From Camelus ferus (lineage: Eukaryota): a DNA stretch of 64,000 nucleotides. The notes below the pieces were generated by a model. It did not search any database and was not told the origin of the DNA. It was given only the letters and a program-made list of their open reading frames with translations. How positions within the stretch are numbered: position 1 is the first letter of the stretch; every line of letters starts with the position of its first letter. Where the stretch lies: contig NC_045696.1 in NCBI RefSeq assembly GCF_009834535.1, forward strand, positions 81,718,001-81,782,000, written 5' to 3'. A program made the translations under genes and the position numbers. This document shows positions 26,466 to 39,090 of this stretch, piece by piece.

Positions 26466-27769
26466 AACATTTCCATATTCCAATTGTTGGAAAAAGAAAA
26501 CTAGGACGCATATTTTCAAGATCTAATTAGCAGTCACTCTGTAGTATCATTGCTTAACCCTGGAACTGAGATATGCATCAACTGTTCCCGCTGTGTGTGG
26601 CTCTAAATGCTCTATTACATTTTTATCTACTGCATTTCTATTCATTGGTTCATTAATGCTCTGTCTACAGCTGGAAAGTGTCTGCAGTAGCTCATAAAGG
26701 CAACAGTCAACAGGCAAAAGATAAGAGCTTGTAAGTAAAGGAGTAGGACCCAAGGGAAACCTTATCAAGAAATCCTGTTAAAGTGCAACTTTCTATTGCA
26801 ATCTATGCAAGATCTGTCCCCCAAGCTCCTTTCTCTCCTGTTCTGGGAAAGGTGACTTGGGCATTGAAAACTAGCTTGAAAAAATTATTCAGAGTCCCAG
26901 AGTAATTTCTGGTGAAACTGTCCAAAATTTTCTGAAACTTACACTCATCCAAGTAACTGCTCATAAAAACCATTTCTGAGGGAAAATTAAATTATTTCAT
27001 GCTTATTCTTTCATTTCTCATGTTTCCTCACAACACAGAGTACGTAGGAGTCAGAGGTAGCATTTCACCTGTCCTGGACATTTTTTTTTAATGGTATGTA
27101 TCTGGACTTTTGGTGTCCTTAAATATAAAGAGGTCTGATTGACACTTGAGGAATATTAAAAGGAAGAATACCAGGAAAGTGGACTAGAGTCTGCTTAGAG
27201 GTAGGGGAGTTCCTCAGTGGCTCCTGATTTGCGTGAAGATTTTATTGAGTTTATATGCAGTGGATTAGAGACGCATATCATTATTTGAGGTGTTGATGAC
27301 TAACTAGAAATTACTCCTAGCTGCTGAATATTTTTTCTTTGAAATCAAACCCATTTTGAATTGTCAACCCAAATCAGTTTTACCTAGGAAAGGCAAAAAA
27401 GTCTAAACCTGTTGTCCAGAAATACAGCCACAAACTTATGTCAGATATAAAATACTCATAACCACTGTGATTGTGTCTGGTGTTGTTCTAAAAATGAAAA
27501 GCCAGGGGAAAAAAAAGAGATTTAATCCAGAAATCCATCACAGAAGACAGTGAAAATGTAAAAACACAGCACTCAGAACACCACATCCCTTGAATTATAT
27601 GCACGCACATTGACTTAAGGAAAAACACTGACATTTTAGGAGCTGCCCATTCTGTGACTAAATCACATCTTCCTATCCCTTCATGTCCATAATGCATCTG
27701 GTCTAGAATAAATTCAGGGTTTTCTTTAGTCCATTATGTTAATAGCTTGCATTTATTTACTCTTCACCT

Positions 27770-27960
27770 TTCATGCTATAGCTTCTCATACATTATCCCA
27801 TTTGAACATTAAAACTAGCTCATGGAGAAGGCAGACATTCTATTCCTGTTGTAAAGATAAGGCTCTGAGAGCTTGAATGACTTGCCAAAGATCACACAAT
27901 AAATAACCAGCAGAGCTTGCATTAAGACTCCAAATTTCTGAGTCTTTAACTCTATGCCTT
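27770..27960 (-). mobile_element. MIR SINE
   Basis: aggctctgagagcttgaatgacttgccaaagatcacaca. Confidence 0.6.
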
Positions 27961-29292
27961 TCCTGAAATGTTTCACAGCTTCTTGGGGATCCCAGGAGGT
28001 CTGATGTACCCTGCAGGACTCTCATAAGCTTGAATTACAGGGATGTCTCAAGACTTCAGACCTGGATGTTGGTCCAACGCAGTAATGAGCTTAAGCTAGG
28101 TGGTCTTTCCCAGACTGTCCTGGCATTGATTAGTCATTTTTCTGGGGAGAACCCAGGCCCTCTGAGCTAGAATCCACAACCTAAAGGTAGATTTGAACTG
28201 CTCCATTCTAGGGGAGGGGTGAGGTGTCAAACAGCCAGTATTCTCCTCAAGCACAAGCCCAACGAGTTTGTTTCCAAGGACAGGGAGTTATATCTCATTA
28301 GCTCCCATGTATTTTAAGGGCTTGGACCAAACATGCAAGAATTCATGTAGATACTTTCCATCTAAATCAATCTATTCAACGCATGATCAATAATTCATTC
28401 TCTGATGAGGCCAAACATGCCTGGGTTTGTACCATCTAGTCCTTATCCTTTTGAGACATAACATAGCTCTGGGATACTCACCTTAACAGAACCAATGAAA
28501 AAATATAAGCCTTGTGTATCTCTTCTCCCCACTCAGATGTTACCTGTCTAACCTGATCTCACAGATGCCTCCTTCCAAGTTTACAAAAGATACCTTCATT
28601 CTACTGGCACAAATCACAATCTCATTGTTTTCTGAAATTTATTTTAACAGAGACAGGGGAACAACTCTCATTGATTGAGTTCTAAATATTTGTCCAGCAC
28701 AGAGTTAGGCAATTTTAAGAATATTATCATTTCTAATTCTCACAACAGTTCTGTGAGGGAGTCATTTCACAGATGAGAGAAGAAAGGCTAGGAGAAGTTA
28801 GATACCCTTAAGGTCACACAGAGTGGAATTCCTCGTCAGTCTTCAAATTTCAAATCCTGGTTCTTTCTACTCATAAGATGTCGAGAATTCAAAGACAAAC
28901 TTGACCTATTTGAGCTTTGGAGAAGGAAGAAGGTCTTGTTTTTTTTTTTTGTTTGTTTGTTTTGTTTTTTTTTTAGGAGGGAAGGAGATCCCATCCTTTC
29001 TTTTCAGTAATGCTGAGGGAGGTGGAAGAAATTTAAGAGCAGCAAGGGCTTGGTGGAGGAGAGAAGAAGCTTTCAGGGGGCAATAAGCAGGTCTGGGTAG
29101 CCAGCTTCAAACAGTGCCAAGCCCAGTAGAAGTAGAGCTTCTGGCAGAGGCTGTGGGTTCTGCAGAGTTCTGCCTGGTCCCTTCCCAGGACAGAGAACTG
29201 CCCCCATCTCTTGCTCCTCAGTCTCAGCCTGAGATACTGGAAGTGGCACCTGGAGGCTCAGTAGGGCAGGGAGTTGACAGTGGCAGATAGAG

Positions 29293-29294
<2 letters not shown>

Positions 29295-29328
<34 letters not shown>
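29295..29328. repeat. (GT)17 microsatellite at the CpG island edge
   Basis: Pure gt tract. Confidence 0.95.
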
Positions 29329-29329
<1 letters not shown>

Positions 29330-29349
29330 GGGGGTGAGGGGTGGGGGCG

Positions 29350-31000
29350 TCTGGTGAGAGGCTTAGGCTCGATAATGTAAGGGGTTGGGCAGCTCACGTG
29401 ATTCCAGGAAGGCGGAGACAGGCTAGCTGGAGGGACGACTGACAGGCCGCTAGGAGGGGTGCAGGATGGGGGGGGGCAATCTGAATAATTGAGGAGCTGT
29501 TCGGCAGCAGCGGCTGCATACTGCCTTCCTTTGCCACCACCACTCCGCATCATAGTGGGAGAGACAGAGCCTGGCGCTGTAAGTGCGGACCGGCCACCAG
29601 CTCTCCAGCAGCCAGTTCATCACCTTCAGCCCTCTGGTGAGTGAACGTCCCCTTCGCCGCAGTCTGTCCCCCTCTGTGTTCCCTGCATCCCAGCTGGGAC
29701 CCTCAGGAATAGGATGATCGCCTCGCTCGTTGAATGAACCTAGGAGCCGGAGCGACCCGGAGAGGGAAAGCAGGAACATGGCGCAGAGGCTGAGGGCGCC
29801 CTCCGGGAAGGGGTCCCCTGGAAGAAGGAAGAAGCTAGGTCAGGGTCTCTAAGACTCTGGCCTAGAATGGGGCCTGACAGCATCCAGGGTTAGGGGACGC
29901 CGGGTCTGCCAGGCGGGGCTGGGGCAAATACATCTCTGGCGCGGCGGGAGCAAGAGGCGGAGGAGGGAGCTGCGAGCAGCGTCCGGGCTGCTCGGGTCTC
30001 CACAGACGCCGGGCCCGTCCTTTCCCCGCCGCTTTAGCACACACCCGGCTCGCGCAGCTTGGTTCTCGGCCTCGGAGGGAGCCCACTGAAAGGACGAGAA
30101 GCTTTTCCGGCCGAAGCCCGAGGGGAGGGCGGGGACAACGTCTGCCTGTTTACCTGAGAGCAAACTCTTCAAAGGGACTGTAGCTGAGCCCAGTGACCTG
30201 CCAGGCCGGTGTGCTCTGAGGGACACCTGTCCCCGGAGAGCAGTGACATGACAGGGGCGACGAGGAGGACGTGATGGGTGAAGTGTCCAGGGAAGCTCCC
30301 TGGCCAGAGGGGGCAGCCCTGGGGAGAGGATTATCGACTGCACTTCCACCTAGTCAGAGTCTCCTCTCTTCTCCCATTCCAAAGCACATCAGTGTCCTAG
30401 GAATCCAGAGGGCCGGAGTAAGGTAGGGTGGCCTCGCTGGACGCAGCCCCAAACCTTCTTCTCGCTCTTGAATCACCTCCCCCCGCCCCGCCATTATTTT
30501 GTATTGTGATTGAAAAGTAAGATAGAAGTCGCCAAACGACTAGAAGCGAAGTGAAGGCAGAGGAAATTTATGGGAAGGCTGGACCTGCAGAGCTCTCGCC
30601 TGCTCCTGGCATTCCTCACCCAACTACCTGGGTCAAGCTTGGTTCATTGTCTTGAACCAAGAGGTGCAAAGGCATTGTCTCTTGAGGGGGATTCTCGCCG
30701 AAGTGATGGGGTCAGTCACTAGCTGGAGTTGACCAAGAAACACAGAATGATAAACTGCCCCCCCCCCCCCGCCGCCTTCTTCCCCTCCGCTCAATAAGGG
30801 GTCCAGGAGAATGCCAGGGGCAGGATAGCATCTGTCTGGAGTCTGGGCCGCAGAGAAGACAGCGGGACTGAGCGCTGTCCGCGGTGCTGAAAGTTCTCTG
30901 AGGCGGGAGCTTATACTGCTGGGGGACTGGTGGCTCATTGCTGCCAATATTTCTCCAAAGCAGAAACTGCGTTAGAGCGACCTACAGAAACGCGTAAAGG
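29350..31000. promoter_or_regulatory. CpG island or promoter of an unidentified gene
   Basis: Sharp rise in GC and CpG (densest about 29.5-30.15 kb) in a CpG-depleted window; repeat-free; GC boxes (ggcggggc near 29912, gggcgggg near 30127, ccccgccccg near 30481); CACGTG at 29395-29400; splice-donor motifs on both strands. Confidence 0.85.
30871..30891 (-). promoter_or_regulatory. RE1/NRSE (REST-binding site)
   Basis: Plus agcgctgtccgcggtgctgaa equals minus TTCAGCACCGCGGACAGCGCT, near-perfect 21-bp RE1 consensus. Confidence 0.92.
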
Positions 31001-33130
31001 TGCTATACACTTCCTGGTTCTTTGCCTTCTCCCGGACTTCTCTTGAAAGGAGGTTTTCCACACTCCTGGGTAGAGGAACAAGAGCCTGTATCATTCTAGG
31101 ATCCAGCTCTGCTAACTTCAAATGGGGATGAATGTGGTGCCTCGTTCTGTTTCACTGCCTACGTGGTGAATCTTCCTGTGGGTAAAGTGTTGGAAATGCA
31201 GTTAGAGTTACTGTTCTGATAAACACTTCTGTGGTTTTCAGGAACCAGAGAACTGTGAGGCTGCACAAAGGCAGAGGCTTCATTAACAGAGAGACTGGGT
31301 TTCATATTCCTGGCTAAGATTTTTTTTCTCTCTTCAGCACCCATCTTTCCCCACTGCTCATTATTTACATCCTGTAGCTATAGATCTCTAAGCAGTCCTG
31401 TGTGTTTCTGACTAGTCTTTTACATTATAGGTTAGATGAGGAACAATTTTGTGTTCAAATAAGCCAATTTTGGGAGACCAAGTTAAGAGAATATTTACTT
31501 TAACCTACCATCTGCTGGGTCATATTATCTCATTTAAGCTTCACAATAGCTGCTAACCATAAGTATCACAAAGTAAAGAAAACTGCAGTTACGTTTTCAA
31601 ACCCAGCACTTGGATTCAAATTCAGGTCTGCTTAACTCTGAAGTCCAAGCTATTTTCATGCCCTTATTTTGGCACTTGGCTTTGGATAGCTGTTAGTGGA
31701 GAATACAGCAAGAGTCTAAGTTAGAAGGCCTGCTTTTTCACACACACACTACTCTCTCTTCCAACCCTTTCCTCTTTAATCTGTTCACCCACCCACTGTC
31801 ACTCACTCCCACCACACCAACTGCTTTTGTGCATGCTGCTTGAGACACCACTGTTCACACAACTCGAGCTTCAGGATAACAGAAACATGTTAGAGGACTA
31901 AAACAGCAGGTTTTCCTGAAAAAGCAGCAGGGCTTCAGGGAATCTGGATGACTAGAACCCACTTGTGCTTTCATATTTAGAATTACACCCTTGAGTGAGC
32001 AACCTTAAAGACCACTAAGCAACATTGTTTTATAAAAAGAAATCGGGAACTAAAAGACAGTTATTAGTCTGTCATATGACTGAAGAGTTAGGATTGGAAT
32101 CCAGTTGACTTGACTCCAAAGCCAGTGTTCTTTCCACTACCCCCATGGTGCCTCCAGTATTCTTCCATGATGCCTTCTTTGATTATCTTTGACAAGAATA
32201 TCAGCATGAGTGAACTATATTCAGTAATTATAAACATTTAAAATACAAGCAGTCCTCTTACCTGCTTTTTGCTTCTGTTCTTCCCCCTCTGGCCTCAGTA
32301 TTCCAGTGTCATTTGACCCAGCATAACTGAGATAACTGATCCACCTTCCTCAGTAACTGTTCTCCCTATGGCAGCAATTTGCAGATGTGGATGGTGCTAT
32401 GGCATTTTCTCTGTGTGCCTTTATGTTGTCTATATTTCTACCTATATGATCTATTTTCAACAAATAATTTTTTCCAAACTCAGTTACCCCAAGCACCTTC
32501 CTCACAGGTATTTGGAAGAGGCCTCAAAAAGATCTTGGCAGAAATAATCATAATAAGGCCTAATATCTATCAAGTGCTAGACACTATGCTAAGTTCTTTC
32601 ATGAATCATTTCATTGAATTTTCACAATTAGGTCAATTAAATAATTTCATTATGAATGGTCCTAGAGTTCTAGTCCACTCTAACATACAACAGACCTGAT
32701 GCTCTGTTCATTTCTCCTCGCTTCTCTTTCAGCCCATTATAAAAATCTCACCTTCATTAATTGGATTTTTATAGCCCTAGTAATCTCATTGAGAAGGAGG
32801 AAATTTTTATATCAAATTGTATAGTTCTATCCTGCTCCAACATATAGAATTTAGAAATTCAAATTCAATTCAAATGGCACTATTCTGCTCTTTTATCTCT
32901 TAATATTTATCACAACATATTCCTATCATTTGTTATCCTTTACTTAAAGATCCCTTTATGCCTTCTTAGTGCTAATAAGGACATTCTCCTTCAAACTTCT
33001 TCTAGAACCAATTAAGGCATAACTCATAATTAAATACATAACTTCTATTGCACCCTCACCAAGTGATCCTGCAAAGATACTGTTCCTGGGGTGCTGGCCT
33101 GAGAAACCATAATCTTAAACTTTCTGGAAC

Positions 33131-33338
33131 CACTCTGTCCAATATGGTAGTCACTAGCCACATGAAGTTATTTAAATTTTAATAAGTTAAAAATTTAAAC
33201 ATTAAAAATTCAGCTTTTAATCACACAAGCCATATTTCAAGTGCTCAATAAAATCATACGTGGCTAATGACTGCCTTATTGGACAGTACAGATATAGAAA
33301 ACTTCAAATATTACATAAAGTTCTATTGCACAATGCTG
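33131..33338. mobile_element. MER3/MER33-type hAT-Charlie MITE
   Basis: ctgtccaatatggtagtcactagccacatg ... catatttcaagtgctcaata ... ttggacagtacag ... aagttctattg. Confidence 0.8.
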
Positions 33339-33667
33339 CTTTGGAAAATCCTAAAAACACTCTCACAGCAACTGAGAATGTGAAATTGGGAATAAGGATT
33401 TGGGACTTTGCTTTAAAACTTCTACCAAGAAAGCAGAAAAAGCCATTTGTGCCTAGGACATCCCCAAAGGCCCAAATATGCTCAAGCAATAAGGCTAGCA
33501 AAGAGAGCACAGGTCTCACTGAAGGAGCCGGTGACCTCTGGAGTTTCCTTCATATGGATTCCATTTTACCATAAAATAAAGTAAAATGTTCCATCCATTT
33601 TACTGTCTTGCTGGTTTCCTAAATTCCAGCTTAGAAATAACCTAAAGGTTCTTATTTGGAATTCAAG

Positions 33668-33757
33668 TATATATATATTAAATATATATAATATAAACTA
33701 TATATAATAATATAATAGGTAGGTAGGTAGATAGACTAGACAGACAGACAGATAGAT
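33668..33757. repeat. Compound low-complexity tract (TA)/(TAGG)/(GACA)/(GATA)
   Basis: Seen directly. Confidence 0.8.
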
Positions 33758-36700
33758 GAATCAATCTTAAAATCTTAACAAAGGAATGGATGGTAATGTG
33801 TAAGATACTCAGCCAGAGAAATAGCTGAGATGTACTCTCAGCCTAATGCTGGTCAAGCATACCATTTTCAGGCAATTCTTGCATATGGAATAATATTACT
33901 AAAAGGGAACATAGGGAGATTGTCAACCCTGGCCTCTAGCAGATCATGCTGACTTTAATGATAAACATCTTTTGTTGGGAATCATGGTTTATTCATTTCA
34001 TGGGAATTGTTTATCTCTTGGAAGGGTCTGGATTTTGGAAGGGAGAAAGTATATTATCTCTGAGCTGAAAAAAGTTTAATTTTCACTATTTTTAGCTTGA
34101 GGGATTTAACCAATTTTATGTTCAAGGAAATAAGCAAAACTGACAATGTAGCTTTGAAATTCATGCTGGGACCATACAAACATCTGCTTAATCAATCAAG
34201 TAACTGAGGAGTGTCCCATATTAGCACAGAAATGCTGCAGTCACAGGTGTTTGAAACTCCTACAGACTGGCACATGGTACCCAATAAATATTTGTTGAAT
34301 TCAGACCATTGTTCCAGGTCAGTTCATGCCATACACTCACCTACCCAAAAAATGAGTATTCCCTGTGACATTTTTCTTTAGTAAATAAACAGGAGACAAA
34401 TATAGAACATCAAATCTTACCCTGACAACCACACTCCTACCCCCTCTGGGGGCATAGGTAGTGATGGCCAAGACAGACTGCTCCTGAGGATTGTGTCTTG
34501 CTGTCCTCCTCCAGGGAATAAGGGACAGATCAGCCCAAGAGTCTTGCATTTCACTATGATGAGGCAACTTCATAAACTTAATACTTAAATGGAGTTGTAT
34601 GTTATTTTTCACTTTACCTTAAAGAGATATTTATCTCTTTGAGGAAGTATTTGATTGGCCTTCGTGAGTGTTGCAGACAGTTACTATTGTTCCTAAATTC
34701 AGAAGGAGCTTAGCTTAGAAAGAAAACACGTACATTAATCAGGGGAGAGCTGAAGGCATCATAGTCTGGCAGGTCACAGAATATTATCCTTCTCCAAGAA
34801 CAACTGAGCCTCTCTTTAAAAGTTTTAACTGGTGATTAGTGACAAAAATGAAAGAAAAACAGATCATTCTATTCTAGCAAGTCAATAAGCAAATGCCTGG
34901 AATTAACTGATTCTCATTTGCCAAAGGCAATGAACTGTCCTACAAATGAGCAAGCTGGTTTCCACTGCCTGTTCATTTTTTTAAATTGTATTTTTCCTTT
35001 GTTTGTTTTTAAAATAATTAGCAAATTAAGAAACAATTGCATTCAGGTGTTTGAATATTCTGATGACAAAATGGTTTTCAAAATTGTAAAGACTTAATTG
35101 TTCATTAGAGAATATATTTATACAAATATTATTGTGCCAATCACATAACCCAACTCTCTTATTTTACAAACAGAGAAATTGAGGCTGAGAATGGTCACCC
35201 AAGTTAACCACAGAGGCAGAAGCAAGACTTGAGCCTTCTCTCTCAATCCACTGCTCTTTGCATCTTTTAACATCGTACATGTTTTCATTCGTCATGAAAA
35301 CCTGTTTTTATCAATGAGTTTAGCCACCAAATCTTTACCTGAGCTGCTAAGAATAGGAAAGTGCATGTATCTGGATTTCAGATTCTCTCGCACCCCCCCG
35401 CCAGGTGAACTACTGATCAAGAATAGTCAATAGGTAGAAATTTCATGGGTGGAACTGTGAGCCAGAAGAAAAGCACTCAAAACTTCAGAATCCTTGTTGC
35501 AAGAATCTGAAGAAGGATATAACTCCTCTTACTTTCATCATCTTCATCTCTAAAACAGGAAATTTGACTGAAATAGTGTTTCAGGTCCTGCAAGCTATAA
35601 CATTCTATGGTTCTATGAAAATGGGGCCAAGGACTTGAACAGCCCATATGCTGCCACATTCAGCCCAAATAATCAAAAATAAATGAAGATTCTTATTTTT
35701 ACATCATTATTTATTGGAAGCCCTGACATTTCATGCTAGTACTTCACCCAGGAACAATAATGACGATGATGATAAAAGCTAAGAGTTATTTACATTTACT
35801 CTATCTCTACAATGTTGGTAATGTTATTATCCCCTTCTTACAGATGAAAAAACTAGATCACAAAGTAGTTAAATAAGCTGCCCAAATTCATACAGCTAAC
35901 AAGTTTGTGTTCTTAAGCACCATGATACATGCCTCTTTGAAAAACACTAGTCTCTCAGATAATTGATGTGTATCATTTTTAGGCCACTTAACACATAAGA
36001 CTCTTTTCTGAGGAATTTTTACTTTACCTACGTTTTCTGACTAGAACAATCAAGAGGGTGAACAGAACTTCAGGTCTCTGGTTCTGATGAAGCTATATAG
36101 GGATCTGCACTGTCTTTCTGCAAGATGGCTCTTGTCGTTTTGCAAATTATGCCATCAATCAGTTGCTTCAATGGTTCGGTATTGAATCCTGGTGCATTGC
36201 AGGATGCTGCTTTTCCCAGAATGTATGAACTGCCTGCATTGCCAGAAATGAATGAATGTTGTTACAGGATCTAGCACCTTCTAAAGCTACAAATGTCAGC
36301 CTGCCACGTCTTCCCCATTCAGTGGAGTTTTCTGGCTTTTGCCTCCACATTTTTGACTTAGATTGACAATCTAGACAACATTTAAGGCAGGGAGGGAGAG
36401 CTTCCAGAGTGTCATTTCCTGGTGGTGGGCTTCAGTCAAAAGTAAAACTAAAACTCCCAAAATCATGTGTGAAATTCATTTTCTTCTCTTAAACCTACCT
36501 TACCAAACCAGTCAAATACAATACATCACAATACTCATCTATCTCATTGTGGATTTTAATGTGTACTAAAACTGCCCTATCACAAGAAGGGCCAATGAGA
36601 CAGCATTCGCTAAAACTTCTTGTAAATCATAAAATCTTTACAAAAGAAAGGAATGGATTTTCCATCCTTTCAGTTCTTCTCAGTCAAAAATAGCTCTCAA

Positions 36701-36837
36701 GTTGCTGATATCCAGTCCTGAACCAGAGTTGACAGCTACATCAAAGTCTTTAGGATTAAGAAGATCTTAGATCTAAGATTGCATGTCCGGAAAATGGTAT
36801 TTACGATATGGGCAGTCCTCCTGGTTTCTTCTAAAAT

Positions 36838-37040
36838 CAATGGTTCTCAACCTCAGGGCAGTGCTATCTCACTAAAGGGTATTTTTTTAATTGTTACAGA
36901 CCCCAGGGAAGGGGGTGGGTACTACTACTGGCTTCGGTGGACTGGGATCAGGAATGCTGAATATCCTGCACTAACCCTGCACATTAAAAAGTATCCCCCC
37001 TGAAAGCCAACAGGACTCCTCCTCCACTGAGAAACAGTGT
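36838..37040. mobile_element. MER20-like hAT-Charlie MITE
   Basis: Starts caatggttctcaacc, ends tgagaaacagtg (inverted termini); internal tactggc...caggaatgctg...atcctgca. Confidence 0.6.
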
Positions 37041-38959
37041 TCAAGGTGAGATGCTGTCCGTGCTTCCTAATTCCTCAGTTGATGCAGTCAGGGAGAATTT
37101 ACTTTTGGCATCCTTCCCCATGTGACATCCAACTACTCTCATGTGAGGTCTACAGCAGCTCAGAAGAATTACTGGGATTCCAATAATTTTACTGAGAAGT
37201 AAAATACATTTTCAGAGATCAACAGTTTTCAAACTGGCCTTCAGAAGTTTGTATATGCAACCCCTTTCAAAAAAAAAAAAAAAGAGAGGATGTTTGTGAA
37301 GGAACCTGGCCCATAAAAATTGCTAAAAAATTTATAAAATCAGAGTTAAATGCTTTAATATCTTACTGCTTTCCCCTATTTTTAGGTATTCTATGTTATG
37401 TATATTTTGAATATATCATTTATATTAAAAAAAAAAAAAGAAGAAGCCCCTCCCAACTTCAGCGGGAACTAGGAGTCCCAGTAGGTTAACGTGGCCGTAT
37501 TGCAAGGCCCAGAATAAAGGCTGGCTGGCTATCTGAAGACCCAAAATCAGTGAATTATGATTCTGAAAAATATCATCTTTGCAGTACATCGGAGGAACAT
37601 TGGGTTCTGTTCTTACTTTGTGACAAGCATAGGCCTAGCTAAGCACTGGCACAATCCCTGAAATCAAGTCAGCAACATGGCAGCAGTCAGACATGGAAAC
37701 TCCACTATTTATGAGACGTGACATATGCTATAACATGTTATAGGAGCCTCCAAAAAAGAGACCAGGGAATGATTCACCGCCACAGAGAAATTACAGTTGA
37801 ACTGTATTTTGAATGACATGTAGTATTTTCTCATGTAACTAAATGAAAGGAAAGGCTATTGCAGAAATGGGAACCCCATAAGCAAATACTAGAAGTGTGA
37901 ATGAAAACAACATATGTGCAGACTACTATGGTTAAGTAGAGACCTGGCTGGGAATAGTGGAAGGTCATACTGGAAACACTCTGAAGAAACCTGAATGCAG
38001 CTGAGCGGATGTATTTATTCAGCCTAGAGTTTATCCTTTGGAAAGGGTTTTTATGAACATTTTGGGAATACCATTGAATCCAAGGCTGGTTCATGACAGA
38101 CAACAGAATTATGAAGTCTAACCTCACAGCTAGAAGGAACCTCAGAAATCATCCCAGCTGGCCTTCTCCTTTCCCTATGTTTTACAATTGAAGTAATAAA
38201 ACCCAGAGACGTTAAGTGACTTGCCCAAGGACAGCCAAATTAGTAAAAGGACAAAGACTAGAGCCTAGTCCATCCTCATAGCATTTCGCCCTGCTTAGTA
38301 CTATCTTCAGGAATTTTATCCATCATTTGAGCATAATCCAGTGTAACACACAATGTGATTATGAAGTATTCATGAAGCCCCAAGTTTTCCATTGCTCCCT
38401 ATTAGGATATGGTTCCTTCATAATAACCAGGTGAGAGATCAGATCCTAGGCTGCTTCTACACGACAACATTCTATTCAGAAATGCAGACAAGTGGCACAC
38501 CCAATGCATGGGCATGGCATTCTTCCCCTGCCTCACACACCCTCCCCTGCCTCCTCATTTCAAACTGCCAGAGATTACAGAGGCACAGCCTGAACAGAAG
38601 GCATCTTAATCTCTGGTGATTCTGTAAATAATATGCTGTTCATGCTTGCCTATAAATGATCACAGCCTCTCTACCTCTCTATTTTCTAGATGAGGGAGCC
38701 TTCAGAAAGATGAAGTTGCCTGCACACAGCGCATGTCAGAAATAGGATTTCAGACTCTGGAGCACCAGCCCTCGTTGTAACAGGGTTAAAATTTTCACCC
38801 ATCTGCACACTCCTAATAATTTATCCAAGCTTATGGTCTTAAAGTTCACTTCATAGTCAAGTTAGTCTCAGAATATGAAGGTTCTGAGATTGCCTATTTT
38901 CCACTTTCCTTTCTCTGGCCACTTCTCATCCAATACACATCTAATAGAAGTTATCTACT

Positions 38960-39090
38960 AATCATTTGACAAGAGATGAAACTGAAAGCCAGAGAGGTGA
39001 AGCCACTTGCCCAAGGCTGCACAGCTAAAAGTGGCACTGTGACTAGACTAGATTCTCTGACTCCCAGTCCCATGCTTTTCCCTCCACACC
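38960..39090 (-). mobile_element. MIR SINE
   Basis: gaaactgaaagccagagaggtgaagccacttgcccaaggctgcacagcta ... tctgactcccagtcc. Confidence 0.75.

Noticed and set aside
27255..27270. atgcagtggattaga (MQWIR), resembling an ARHGEF9 isoform N-terminus as I recall it
   Set aside because: The match stops after five codons, with no suitable donor or promoter context; treated as coincidence.
29224..30947. Several 74-166 aa ORFs in the CpG island
   Set aside because: Expected from stop-codon scarcity in GC-rich DNA. No known protein recognised, so no gene symbol was assigned.
31333..31341. RE1 left half-site TTCAGCACC (similar partial near 20109)
   Set aside because: No correctly spaced GGACAG half-site.
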